Below are positions 10,280 to 19,827 of a DNA stretch of 64,000 nucleotides, piece after piece. Position numbers and translations under genes: made by a program. Each line of letters starts with the position of its first letter. The first letter of the stretch is position 1. The stretch is from Desulfovibrionaceae bacterium (lineage in GTDB: Bacteria > Desulfobacterota > Desulfovibrionia > Desulfovibrionales > Desulfovibrionaceae), in NCBI GenBank assembly GCA_015233395.1, contig JADFXV010000002.1, positions 8,425-72,424 on the forward strand. The letters run 5' to 3'. The notes beneath the pieces were generated by a model that saw nothing but the letters and a program-made list of their open reading frames with translations, was not told the DNA's origin and did not search any database.

Positions 10280-10906
10280 TCAAGCCACGACGCTTTCGCG
10301 CCAGGCCGTCTGCCTCGGCTTGGCCTCGTCGTCGTCGGCTTGTTTGACGAGCACCTGGAGCATGGCGCACCAGTGATCGGCCAGGCCCCGGACTTTCGCG
10401 TACCGGCCCGACGACCTGGGCAGGCCGCGCCCCGGTTCGTCGAGGAAAAAAACGCCGTGGTGGGGATCTCCTTGGTCCGCGACCGTGACGCGCAGTTCGA
10501 TCCGGCGGACGGTCGCCGCGCCCGCGTTGTTTTGCGCCGCCTCGCCGGAGGGAAAGGTCCCGGTGAGCGCGTCCACGGCCTCCCGGCTCAAGTTGCGCAC
10601 GCCCGTGGCCGTGGTTTTGGTGATAGGGGAGCCGTCCTCGACCAGGGCGACGGCAAGCAGGCCGGAGAAGGAGACGACTTTTTGCTTTTGCCCGTCCGTG
10701 GCGACCAACAGGATCTTGCGGCTTTTCTTGTCGATGGCGATGGCGCCTTTGCCGTCGTAGCCGACGAAATAATCCCGGGAGAAAAGCGTAAGATTTTTCG
10801 CCAGTTCCTGTTTGGCGAGGTAATATCTGCTTTTGCTCTTGCTTAAGCCCCACAGGACTGACAAGAGCGCGGCGGCGAAGAGGACAACGATCCAGACTGT
10901 ATCCAT
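10280..10906 (-). CDS. Hypothetical membrane-anchored protein
   Basis: Start ATG at 10904-10906 with GGAGGG Shine-Dalgarno (MDTVWIVVLFAAALLSVLWGL..). One N-terminal TM helix. No family recognised. Confidence 0.55.
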   Translation of the reverse strand: MDTVWIVVLFAAALLSVLWGLSKSKSRYYLAKQELAKNLTLFSRDYFVGYDGKGAIAIDKKSRKILLVATDGQKQKVVSFSGLLAVALVEDGSPITKTTATGVRNLSREAVDALTGTFPSGEAAQNNAGAATVRRIELRVTVADQGDPHHGVFFLDEPGRGLPRSSGRYAKVRGLADHWCAMLQVLVKQADDDEAKPRQTAWRESVVA

Positions 10907-11136
10907 AAGCCCTCCGGCGGGACGGATGGCTGCGGGCCGGCAGGCCCAAGCCTTGGGACGCCTTGGCTCTTTGTGCCCGGATCGGAAAAGGCCGTCAACG
11001 GTCCCGTGGATCGCCCGGGACGGATCAGGGAGCATCTTGACCTCGCGGTGACTATGATCTACCCACTTTCGTGCAGTCCGGCGCGCGAACCGTATCCGCG
11101 CGCCGGCTATTTTGATTTTGAGTCGAGGAAAGAAAA

Positions 11137-11628
11137 ATGAGCAGAATTCCCATTACTGTCGAAGGGTTCCGGCGCCTGGAAAGAGAGCTCGGCAACCTGA
11201 AAAAAGAACGTCCCGGGGTCATCCAGGCCATCAAGGAAGCCCGCGAGGAAGGCGATCTGAGCGAAAACGCCGGCTACGACGCGGCCAGGGAACGCCAAGG
11301 CATGATCGAGGCGCGCATCCGGTATATTGAAACCCGCCTGGCCACCTCCCAGGTCATCGATCTGGCCACGCTGGATGGCGACCGGGTGATCTTCGGGGCC
11401 ACCGTCGAGATCGAGGATGCGGAAACCGGCGAACGCAAGCAGTACACCTTGCTTGGACCCGACGAGGCCGATCCGGCCAAAGGCAGCATTTCCATCATGT
11501 CGCCGGTGGCCCAGGCGCTTCTCGGCAAGGAAGAGGGGGATGAAATCGTGGTCGAGGCCCCGCGCGGCAAGATCCACTACGAAATCGTCTCCATCTGTTT
11601 CAACGGCCCGGCCCCGGCCGAAGCCTAG
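11137..11628 (+). CDS. greA: Transcription elongation factor GreA
   Basis: 163 aa. MSRIPITVEGFRRLERELGNLK..REEGDLSENAGYDAARERQ matches the GreA coiled-coil and C-terminal domain. Confidence 0.93.
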   Translation: MSRIPITVEGFRRLERELGNLKKERPGVIQAIKEAREEGDLSENAGYDAARERQGMIEARIRYIETRLATSQVIDLATLDGDRVIFGATVEIEDAETGERKQYTLLGPDEADPAKGSISIMSPVAQALLGKEEGDEIVVEAPRGKIHYEIVSICFNGPAPAEA

Positions 11629-11674
11629 CCCCGGAAATCCGGCCGGCCCGGAGACGGATCGCCGGTCGCCCGCC

Positions 11675-13669
11675 ATGTCCAAAATATCCATCCAATCCCT
11701 GAGCAAGTCTCTCGGCGGACGCGACCTGTTGCGCGATTTCTCCCTGGAAATCACCCCCGGGACGCGCCTGGCCGTGGTTGGGCCCAACGGCTGCGGCAAG
11801 AGCACCTTTCTGCGGCTGCTGGCCGGGGAGGCCGAGCCCGACGGCGGGCGCGTCAGCCTCTCGCCCGGGGCCATGGTCGGATACGTCTCCCAGGAACTTG
11901 AGGCCGGGGACTTGTCCGAGCCTTTGCTGTCCTGGGTGATGAGCGCGTTGCCTTCCTGGCCGGAATTCTGGCGCGACTGGGAGCGGGCCTGCCTGGCCGG
12001 CGACGGCAAGGCCCTGGCCGCCCTGGCCGGACGCCAGGCCGAACTCGAATTCGCCCTGGGCTACAATCCCGAGGCCAGGGCCAAGGCCATCGTCACCGGG
12101 CTGGGCTTCGCTCCCAAGAAATTCGGCCGCACGCTGGCCGAATTTTCCGGCGGCTGGCGCGAACGGGCCAAATTGGCCAGGGTCCTGGTGACCGGGGCCG
12201 ATGTCCTGCTGCTCGACGAGCCGACCAACCACCTGGATCTGGAGGCAGTGGAGTGGCTTGAGGAGCATCTGATCCGCTTCGGCGGCGCCCTGGTCTTTGT
12301 GGCGCACGACCGGATGTTTCTCGACCGGGTGGGCAATCAGGCCCTTTTTCTCGGCGGGGACAAGCCGCTGGCGAGGCCGGGCACGTTCAGCGAACTCATG
12401 GCCTGGCGGGCCCAGGCCGAGGCCCAGCGCGAGCTGCGCGCCGCCCGCCTCTCCCTGGACATCGAGCGCCAGATGGCCTTCGTCGAACGCTTCCGGGCCA
12501 AGGCCACCAAGGCCACGCAGGCCCAAAGCAGGCTCAAGGCCGCGGGCAAGCTGCGCGCCGAAATGGAGGAACTGCAAGCCGGGGTGAGCCGTCCCGCGCG
12601 CGCGTTGTCGTTTTCCCTGCCCGACCCCCTGCGTTCGGAGAAAAACGTCCTGAGCGCGGCCGGAATCGCCGTGACCTTCTCCGACGGATTCACCCCCTGG
12701 AAGCCTTTGACTTTCAACCTGTACCGGGGCCAAAAAGTGGCCCTGGTCGGCGCCAACGGGGCCGGCAAGACCACCCTGCTCAAACTGATCGCCGGGGTGA
12801 GCGCCCCGACCACGGGCGGGCTCAAGCTGGGTTCGGGCGTGCGCCTGGGCTATTTCAGCCAGCATCAGACCGAGATCCTCAACCCCTCGGCCACGGTCAT
12901 AAGCGAAATTCGCCGCCTGTCCGACCCAAAAACCTCCCACGAACAGCTGTGTTCGGTGCTCGGACTTTTTTTGCTCGGGGAAGAGTATTTCGAGCGCGCC
13001 TCCGGCGATCTGTCCGGCGGCGAGAAAAGCCGGCTGGTCCTGGCCTCCTTGTTTCTGGCCCGGGCCAATTTTCTGGTGCTCGACGAACCGACCAACCATC
13101 TCGACCTGGAGTCGCGCGAAGCCTTGGTCCGGGCCTTGGCCGATTACGCGGGAACCCTGCTTTTCGTGGCCCACGACCGCCACCTGCTGGCCGAGGCGGC
13201 CAAGACCGTCTGGGCCGTGGACGGCGAAGGCATGCGGGAATTTCCCGGAGGCTTTGCGGCCTATGAACGCGTCCTCAAGGAGCAGGCCGTCCTGGCCGCG
13301 AGCGGTCCGGCGGCCGCCCGAGCCGTGGCGGACCAAGGAGGGCGCCTGGCCAAACAGGAGGCCAAACGCCTTGAGGCCGAGCGGCGAAACGCCCTCTACC
13401 GCGAACTCAAACCCAGGCAGGAGCGCTTCGCGGCCATGGAGGCGGCGTTGGAACAGGCCCTGGGCGAACAGGCCGCGGTCGAGGCGCAGATGGCCGACCC
13501 GGCTGTTTACGCCAAAACGGATCTCTTCACCGAACTCTCCAAGCGCTATCACGAGCTTTGCAGGCAAGCCGAGTCGCTTCTGGCCGCATTGTCCATCCTC
13601 GAGAACGAGATCGGCGAACTCGAAGGCCGGCGTGAAGCCCGCAAACGCCCCGAGGGCGACTGCCAATAA
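11675..13669 (+). CDS. ABC-F family ATPase (Uup/YheS-like)
   Basis: Two cassettes. First: GPNGCGKST, FSGGWRERAKLARVL and LLLDEPTNHLD. Second: GANGAGKTT, LSGGEKSRLVLASL and LVLDEPTNHLD. No TM domain and a C-terminal coiled coil. Start trimmed to ATG 11675 (MSKISIQSLSKSLGG). Confidence 0.88.
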   Translation: MSKISIQSLSKSLGGRDLLRDFSLEITPGTRLAVVGPNGCGKSTFLRLLAGEAEPDGGRVSLSPGAMVGYVSQELEAGDLSEPLLSWVMSALPSWPEFWRDWERACLAGDGKALAALAGRQAELEFALGYNPEARAKAIVTGLGFAPKKFGRTLAEFSGGWRERAKLARVLVTGADVLLLDEPTNHLDLEAVEWLEEHLIRFGGALVFVAHDRMFLDRVGNQALFLGGDKPLARPGTFSELMAWRAQAEAQRELRAARLSLDIERQMAFVERFRAKATKATQAQSRLKAAGKLRAEMEELQAGVSRPARALSFSLPDPLRSEKNVLSAAGIAVTFSDGFTPWKPLTFNLYRGQKVALVGANGAGKTTLLKLIAGVSAPTTGGLKLGSGVRLGYFSQHQTEILNPSATVISEIRRLSDPKTSHEQLCSVLGLFLLGEEYFERASGDLSGGEKSRLVLASLFLARANFLVLDEPTNHLDLESREALVRALADYAGTLLFVAHDRHLLAEAAKTVWAVDGEGMREFPGGFAAYERVLKEQAVLAASGPAAARAVADQGGRLAKQEAKRLEAERRNALYRELKPRQERFAAMEAALEQALGEQAAVEAQMADPAVYAKTDLFTELSKRYHELCRQAESLLAALSILENEIGELEGRREARKRPEGDCQ

Positions 13670-13743
13670 ATTCCTTGACCCCCACCCGCGAGGTTCCTAT
13701 TTTGGGTCAATCGTCATCCACGCTGGGACGGGAGGATTCCCCC

Positions 13744-14355
13744 ATGACTCGGACCGTATGCGCGCTTTTTTTGGCTTTGCTTACGACCTGTCCCTGCGCT
13801 CCGGCGAACGCGGCCAGCCAGTCGGTCAGGGAACTGCGCGCCAAGGACGGCCTGGCCGAGTTCACCGCGCCCCAAACGTTTCTCGAAGGCAATTTCGTGG
13901 CCGACGAAGTCGAGCCCCGGTACGTCTTCGGCGCGGTCAAGGATTTCGCCGCCTCGCGTTCCTGTCCCGTGGCCTGGCTGATCGAGGCCGCCGAGAAAAC
14001 CCGGATTGACGCCGCAAACGGCGCGGCCGGCTCCCTGGAATACAGCCTCATTCTGGAAGAGGATTGTCCAGGCAAGGTCATCCATTATGTCTTCATCGAT
14101 CGCTCCCGGGCCGACACCGCACAGTGGCTGGACTGGCGGCGGCAATTCCACAAGAACAAGACCGACGGACAATACACGCAGGCCAAGGACAGCCTGGAAA
14201 AGGCCGGGCAGAGCGGATTTCCGGTCAGCTCCGAACTGCGTTTCATCGATGCCGGCGGCGATTTGCAGTTGCAAAAGCCCGAAGACTTCCTGATCCGGGA
14301 GAAAAAAATGGTCCCGCTCTATGACTTGAGCCAAGGCAAGGCCTTGGCCAAATAA
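13744..14355 (+). CDS. Hypothetical secreted protein
   Basis: ATG 13744 follows GGGAGG. Signal-peptide-like MTRTVCALFLALLTTCPCAPANAAS. No family recognised. Confidence 0.55.
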   Translation: MTRTVCALFLALLTTCPCAPANAASQSVRELRAKDGLAEFTAPQTFLEGNFVADEVEPRYVFGAVKDFAASRSCPVAWLIEAAEKTRIDAANGAAGSLEYSLILEEDCPGKVIHYVFIDRSRADTAQWLDWRRQFHKNKTDGQYTQAKDSLEKAGQSGFPVSSELRFIDAGGDLQLQKPEDFLIREKKMVPLYDLSQGKALAK

Positions 14356-14402
14356 GCCGGCCGACGGAATCCGGCACGTTTTTACAATGTTTCTGGATTG
14401 TT

Positions 14403-15470
14403 ATGAGTACCTTGTCCAAACCACTGCGCTTGCGCCGAGGGCCGAAGCGGATCACCTCGGTCGGCGCTGCCGAACGCCGGGCCGGATACGCCGTCTTGTG
14501 CGTCCTGCTGGCCGTCCTGGCCTACGCCCTGACCAAACAGTCCCAGTTCAACCCGGCGGTGGTCGCGGCCCTGCGCGAAGGCCCGGCCGACGCGAAAAAG
14601 ACTTCCGGACAGCCCGCCTCGGAACTGACCCCGGCCCTGGACGCCCTGCCCGGGGTCGCGGCCTTGGCCGGGGCCGAAACCTTTGGGCCGGACACCCTTT
14701 CGGACAAGATCGACGGCAAGGCCGAACTGTATCTTTCCTCGGGCTTCAAGGAGATGGTCTGGCGCCCCCTTGCTCCGGCCGGCGGCGACAAGGCGCGTTT
14801 TGACGTTTATGTCTACGATATGGCTTCCCCGGATTCCGCCTTTGCGGTCTTTTCCGGGCAGCGCCGCAGCGGGGCCGCCGCGTCCGGCCTGACCGAAAAC
14901 GCCTACTCCACGGGCAACGCCCTGTTTTTCACCGTGGGCGCGCGCTACCTGGAAATCGTGGCCGACTCGGACGAAGCGGCCGTCAAAAATCTCCTGGAGC
15001 CCCTGGGCGCAGCCCTATTGGCCAAGCTTTCCCCGTCGCCCGGCGAGGGGGCCGGCCGGGAGACACAGTCAAGTCCGGCTTCCCTTTTCCCGGCCCAGGG
15101 CATGACGCCGGGCAGCCTGCGCCTGGCCATGGCCGACGCCTTCGGGCTGGAGGGCTTTGGCAACGTCTATACCGCCGACTACGCGCTCGGCGGCGCCGAG
15201 GCCACGGGGTTTGCCGCGATTTTGCCGGATGAGGCCCAGGCCCGGACCTGGAAGCAAAACTACCTCGCGTTTCTGCTTGCCAACGGCTACGGCGAAATCA
15301 CGGCGCAGGATCTCCCCGAAGGCGCGCAGGCGCTTGAATCAAACGGCGTTTTCGAGGTGCTTTTGAAGCAAGGGCGCCTATTCTACGGGATCCACGAGGC
15401 CACCTCCCTCCAGGCGGCCGTCGCCCTGGCCGCTACGTTTGAAAAGCAGGCAAGGGAGAAGATGCGGTGA
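14403..15470 (+). CDS. Hypothetical membrane-anchored (periplasm-facing?) protein
   Basis: 355 aa with a basic N-terminus and then one TM helix (YAVLCVLLAVLAYAL). Its stop overlaps the next gene's GTG (GTGA at 15467-15470), which suggests translational coupling. Confidence 0.6.
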   Translation: MSTLSKPLRLRRGPKRITSVGAAERRAGYAVLCVLLAVLAYALTKQSQFNPAVVAALREGPADAKKTSGQPASELTPALDALPGVAALAGAETFGPDTLSDKIDGKAELYLSSGFKEMVWRPLAPAGGDKARFDVYVYDMASPDSAFAVFSGQRRSGAAASGLTENAYSTGNALFFTVGARYLEIVADSDEAAVKNLLEPLGAALLAKLSPSPGEGAGRETQSSPASLFPAQGMTPGSLRLAMADAFGLEGFGNVYTADYALGGAEATGFAAILPDEAQARTWKQNYLAFLLANGYGEITAQDLPEGAQALESNGVFEVLLKQGRLFYGIHEATSLQAAVALAATFEKQAREKMR

Positions 15471-16486
15471 ATAAGCCGAGCGATACGGGACACCGTGCCG
15501 AAGGGGCGCTGACCCGCCGCGATTTCATCAAGCGGGCCGCCGCAGCCTCGGCCCTGACGCTCTCGGCCGGAGCGCTGTACGCCGGCCTCTATGACGGGCG
15601 CGGACCGCAGCCGGGCGACCTGGGTAAGGTCTTGACCGGCCTGGGCGATTTTTCCGTTCAAACCGCCTCGGGCCAAGGCCGCATGGCCATCGTCCGGGGC
15701 GCCGACCGCGCGGCGATGCTGGAACGGGCCGTGACCGCCCTGGGGGGCATCGAGGCCTTTATCCAAAAAGGCGACCGGGTGCTCATCAAGGTCAACGCCG
15801 CCTTCGCCACGCCGCCTTCTTTGGGCGCGACCACAAATCCCGAGCTGTTTGCGGCCATGGCCAGGCTATGCCTGGCCGCCGGCGCGGCCTCGGTCACGGT
15901 GACGGACAATCCGATCAACAACCCCGAGAGCTGTTTCGCCCTGACCGGCATCGCCGAGGCCGCGTCCTTGGCCGGGGCGGGGCTTATCATCCCCGGGGAG
16001 GGCATGTTTTCGCCCCTGACGCTGCCCGGGGGCAAGCTGCTCGTCGATTGGCCGGTCATGGCCGGGGCTTTCAAAGGCGTGACCAAGCTCATCGCCATGG
16101 CCCCGGTGAAGGATCACGCCCGGGCCGGGGCCTCAATGATCCTGAAAAATTTCTACGGCCTGCTCGGCGGCCGGCGCAACGTCTTCCATCAGAAGATCGC
16201 CGGGATCATCACCGAACTGTCCCTGCTCGCCAAACCGACCCTGTGCGTCCTCGACGGAACCCGGGTCATGCTGACCAACGGCCCGACCGGCGGGTCGCTC
16301 AGCGATCTCAAGGCCGCCGACACGCTCATCGTTTCCACCGATCCGGTGGCCGCCGACGCGGCCGGGCTGGAGCTTCTGGAGCGCACGATCTCAGAGGTTC
16401 CCTATATCCGCATGGCCGAGGCCGCCGGGGCCGGGCATGCGGACTATACGCGGCTCAATCCCGTGCGCATCAACCTCGGGGCCTGA
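15467..16486 (+). CDS. Tat-signal DUF362-like protein
   Basis: Twin-arginine motif LTRRDFIKRAAAASALTL. The body contains DRVLIKVNAAF and resembles DUF362 proteins. That resemblance is recalled from memory, not from a search. Confidence 0.65.
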   Translation: MNKPSDTGHRAEGALTRRDFIKRAAAASALTLSAGALYAGLYDGRGPQPGDLGKVLTGLGDFSVQTASGQGRMAIVRGADRAAMLERAVTALGGIEAFIQKGDRVLIKVNAAFATPPSLGATTNPELFAAMARLCLAAGAASVTVTDNPINNPESCFALTGIAEAASLAGAGLIIPGEGMFSPLTLPGGKLLVDWPVMAGAFKGVTKLIAMAPVKDHARAGASMILKNFYGLLGGRRNVFHQKIAGIITELSLLAKPTLCVLDGTRVMLTNGPTGGSLSDLKAADTLIVSTDPVAADAAGLELLERTISEVPYIRMAEAAGAGHADYTRLNPVRINLGA

Positions 16487-16499
16487 CCCCAGAAACGCC

Positions 16500-18236
16500 A
16501 TGCCCATCGTAACCGTCAGACGCATAAGCCAGGTGTTTTTCCTGATCCTGTTTTTCTGGCTGTGCCTGGTCGCCTCCGTCGGCGACCGCTGGTGGCAATT
16601 GCGCGGCTGGCCGGTCAACTGGCTTCTCGATCTCGATCCCCTGACCGCGCTCGCGACCATGCTTTCGACCGGAACGCTCTACGCCCCTTTGCTGTGGTCC
16701 TTGGCCGCGCTTGTGCTGACGGCCGCGCTCGGACGGTTTTTTTGCGGCTTCGCCTGCCCGCTTGGCGCGCTCAACCAATTTTTCGGCTGGCTCGGACAAT
16801 ATTCCAGCAAGCCGCTGGGCAGAGTCCGGGCCAACCGTCCCCGCCCGGCCCGGGTCATCAAATATTATCTGCTGCTCTTTCTGCTGGCCTGCGCCCTGAC
16901 CGGCACGCTTGCGACCGGGCTGCTCGATCCCTTGCCGCTGCTTCACCGCTCCATCAACCTGACGCTCGCGCCCATCCTGGATTCGGGCTCGCTCATTTTA
17001 TCGTTTAAACCCCGCCACTACGGCTCGGCCTGGCTGATCGGCGCGGTGTTGCTCGCGATTTTGGGCCTGAATCTGGTCATTCCCCGTTTTTTCTGCCGGT
17101 TTGCCTGCCCCCTGGGGGCGCTTTTCGGGCTCTTGTCCCGATTTGCCCCCTGGCGCATCGGCAAAGCCGCCGATCATTGCGGCGAATGCACGGTGTGCGA
17201 AGCCTATTGCGAGGGCGCCTGCTCGCCGTCGGGCACGGTCGTCACCGGCGAATGCCTGATGTGCTGCAACTGCCTGGAGCGCTGCCCGCACGGCCGCATC
17301 CGCTTCGACGCCAAGCCCTCGGCCGGTGGGGAAGCGCCCCTGCCCGACCTGTCCCGGCGGGGGGTGGTCATGGGCGCCGCCGCAGGCCTTTTCACCGGAC
17401 CGGCTCTGCGCCTTGGCGGCTTGACCGGTCCGAACAACAATCCGAACCTCATCCGCCCGCCCGGGGCTCTGGACGAGGAGCGCTTCCTGGCCCGCTGCAT
17501 CCGCTGCGGCCAATGCATGCGCGCCTGCCCGAGCAACATCATCCAGCCCGCCCTGGCCGAGGCCGGACTGGAAGGGCTGTGGACCCCGGCCATCAATTAC
17601 CGGCTCGGCGATTCCGGCTGCCAGGTGAACTGCATCGCCTGCGGCCAGGTCTGTCCCACCGCCGCCATCCGGCCGCTCACCGTCGACGAAAAAAGAGGCC
17701 GGGCCGATTTCGCCGCCGCCGGACCGATCCGCCTGGGGTCGGCCCTGGTGGATCGCAGCCGCTGCCTGCCCTGGGTCCTGGACCGGCCGTGCATCGTCTG
17801 CCAGGAGCTGTGCCCGGTCAGCCCAAAGGCCATTTTTACCCGCACGGTCTTTGAAGCCATCCGCGACGGCCGGGCCAAAATCATGACCGCTTCGCAGGAC
17901 AGCCTGGAAGTGGCCGGGCTGGGGCCGGTCAATGCGCCCCTGGCCGGAGGCGATTATTATCTGCGCCGTAGCGGACGGCAGCAAGAAGCCCTGCGGCGCA
18001 TCAGCGTGTTCGAAGGCAACAGGATCGGCCTGGTCAAGGCCCCGGGGTGGAGCGCGCCGCCCGAACCGGGCGAGGCCGTGGACATCGTGGTCCGGCTGCA
18101 ACGGCCCTACGTGGACGCCTCGCGCTGCATCGGATGCGGCATGTGCGAACACGAATGCCCGGTCGCGGGCCTGCGGGCCATCCGGGTCAACAGCGAAAAC
18201 GAGTCGCGCTCCCGCCGAGGGCGCCTGATCATATAG
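16500..18236 (+). CDS. NapH/MauN-type membrane polyferredoxin (multi 4Fe-4S)
   Basis: The membrane part carries two CX3CP motifs (FFCGFACPLGAL, FFCRFACPLGAL). Cys clusters follow: CGECTVCEAYCEGAC, CLMCCNCLERCP, CIRCGQCMRACP, CIACGQVCP, CIVCQELCP and CIGCGMCEHECP. Start trimmed to ATG 16500. Confidence 0.8.
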   Translation: MPIVTVRRISQVFFLILFFWLCLVASVGDRWWQLRGWPVNWLLDLDPLTALATMLSTGTLYAPLLWSLAALVLTAALGRFFCGFACPLGALNQFFGWLGQYSSKPLGRVRANRPRPARVIKYYLLLFLLACALTGTLATGLLDPLPLLHRSINLTLAPILDSGSLILSFKPRHYGSAWLIGAVLLAILGLNLVIPRFFCRFACPLGALFGLLSRFAPWRIGKAADHCGECTVCEAYCEGACSPSGTVVTGECLMCCNCLERCPHGRIRFDAKPSAGGEAPLPDLSRRGVVMGAAAGLFTGPALRLGGLTGPNNNPNLIRPPGALDEERFLARCIRCGQCMRACPSNIIQPALAEAGLEGLWTPAINYRLGDSGCQVNCIACGQVCPTAAIRPLTVDEKRGRADFAAAGPIRLGSALVDRSRCLPWVLDRPCIVCQELCPVSPKAIFTRTVFEAIRDGRAKIMTASQDSLEVAGLGPVNAPLAGGDYYLRRSGRQQEALRRISVFEGNRIGLVKAPGWSAPPEPGEAVDIVVRLQRPYVDASRCIGCGMCEHECPVAGLRAIRVNSENESRSRRGRLII

Positions 18237-18255
18237 GGGGCCGGGGGGAGAGAAA

Positions 18256-18300
18256 GCCTCCGGCGGCCAAAGGGGCGAGGCCCCTTTGGAATCCCATTTT
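18256..18300 (+). repeat. B-unit palindromic repeat
   Basis: GCCTCCGGCGGCCAAAGGGGCGAGGCCCCTTTGGAATCCCATTTT. It lies 20 nt after the polyferredoxin stop and could also act as a terminator hairpin. Confidence 0.85.
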
Positions 18301-18324
18301 GAAAGCGCTGAACGACAAAATGAT

Positions 18325-18347
18325 TTTATTTTGTAGTACAAAATAAA
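18325..18347. promoter_or_regulatory. AT-rich perfect palindrome, candidate operator
   Basis: TTTATTTTGTA-G-TACAAAATAAA, with 11-bp arms. It lies 49 nt upstream of the aldo/keto reductase start, in an otherwise GC-rich genome. Confidence 0.35.
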
Positions 18348-18395
18348 TTAAAAAAGAAAACCAGATCCAACAGGTTTCGACCGGAGGCAGCGATC

Positions 18396-19622
18396 ATGGA
18401 CGACAAGAAGAATTCCCCGGCTTTTTCCCGGCGTCATTTTCTGAAAACCGTGGGCCTTGGCTCGGCGGCCGCGACCGGCCTGGCCGCGGCCGGGCCTTTT
18501 TCGACCGCCGGCGCGGCGGAGCAAAAGCCCGCGCTTGCGGCCATGCCCCGGCGCAAGCTGGGCAAGACCGGCGTCGATGCGCCGGTTTTGTGCCTGGGCG
18601 GCATGTTCGACACCATAAACAACCAGTTGCTGCTCAAGCAGGCGCTGGCCTGGGGCGTGAACTACTGGGACACCGCCGAGATCTACGGCAACGGCTTAAG
18701 CGAAGAGGGCTACGGCCGCTTCTTCAGCCGCAATCCCGAGGCCCGGGCGGGCATCTTCCTGACCACCAAACTCGTGCCCAAGGGCGGCAATTTCCCCGAA
18801 CGCTTCGACAAATGCCTGGGGCGGCTCAAGACCGATCACGTGGATTTATTTTTTGTCCACGGCGTCAACGCCTTCGACGAGGTCGAACCGGCCCACCTGG
18901 ATTTCGCGGACAAGATGAAGAAAGCCGGCAAGATGCGTTTTTTCGGTTTCAGCGCCCACAACAACATGGAAGACAGCATCTTCGCCGCCGTCAAGAAGGG
19001 CGGCATCGACGTGGTCATGATCACCTACAATTTCCGAGTGATGCAGACGCAAAAGATGCAGGAGGCGGTGGCCGCCTGCACCGAGGCGGGCATCGGACTG
19101 GTGGCCATGAAAACCCAGGGATTTGGCCCTACCCGGCCCGACAGCGAGGCGGAGCTGAAAATGGTCAGCCGCTTTCTGGAGCGCGGCTTCACCGACAAGC
19201 AGGCCAAGCTCAAGGCCGTGTGGGAAAATCCGCATGTCGCCAGCATCTGTTCCCAGATGCCCACCCTGACCATTCTGGCGGCCAACGTGGCCGCTTCGCG
19301 GGACATGACCGCCCTGGCCGAGGATGAAATCCGCTCGCTTGCGGCCTTTGCCGAAGACACCAAAGGCGGTTACTGCGCCGGTTGCAGCAGCATCTGCCAA
19401 GCCGCCGTGGACGGCGCCGCGCCGATCGGCGAGGTCATGCGTGGACTGATGTACCACAAACACTACGGCGACCCGGAGCTGGCCAGAAACGTCCTGGCCG
19501 GACTGTCCGAAGAAGCCAGGGCCAATCTTGCCGGCCTGGACTACAGCCGGGCCGAACGCGCCTGCCCCCAGGGATTGGCCATTGCGCAACTCATGCGTGA
19601 GGCCGGCGAGTTGCTGGCCTAG
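18396..19622 (+). CDS. Tat-signal aldo/keto reductase with C-terminal Cys motif
   Basis: Tat motif FSRRHFLKTVGLGSAAATGLAAAG. The AKR core contains GVNYWDTAEIYGNG..HVDLFFVHG. The C-terminus has YCAGCSSICQ. GGAGG Shine-Dalgarno before ATG 18396. Confidence 0.8.
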   Translation: MDDKKNSPAFSRRHFLKTVGLGSAAATGLAAAGPFSTAGAAEQKPALAAMPRRKLGKTGVDAPVLCLGGMFDTINNQLLLKQALAWGVNYWDTAEIYGNGLSEEGYGRFFSRNPEARAGIFLTTKLVPKGGNFPERFDKCLGRLKTDHVDLFFVHGVNAFDEVEPAHLDFADKMKKAGKMRFFGFSAHNNMEDSIFAAVKKGGIDVVMITYNFRVMQTQKMQEAVAACTEAGIGLVAMKTQGFGPTRPDSEAELKMVSRFLERGFTDKQAKLKAVWENPHVASICSQMPTLTILAANVAASRDMTALAEDEIRSLAAFAEDTKGGYCAGCSSICQAAVDGAAPIGEVMRGLMYHKHYGDPELARNVLAGLSEEARANLAGLDYSRAERACPQGLAIAQLMREAGELLA

Positions 19623-19827
19623 CAGCCCGTTGAAAAAGGGATGGCCGCCGGGACTTTTCGCGGCTTGACGAAAGGCGGGACAGTCCGTAGCCAGGAGTCA
19701 ATGCTGGATTTTTCGTCCAGGCCGCGATCCACGGGACGCACGTTCGCCGCATGGCGAAAAGGGAGGCCGCAATGCACAACGGCAAGGGTTCGGTTGCAGC
19801 TTTGAACGCCCGACAAGCGAGGAGAAG

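Noticed and set aside
11037-11058. TTGACC / TATGAT as the greA promoter
   Set aside because: The spacer is only 10 nt, far from the 16-18 nt needed for sigma70.
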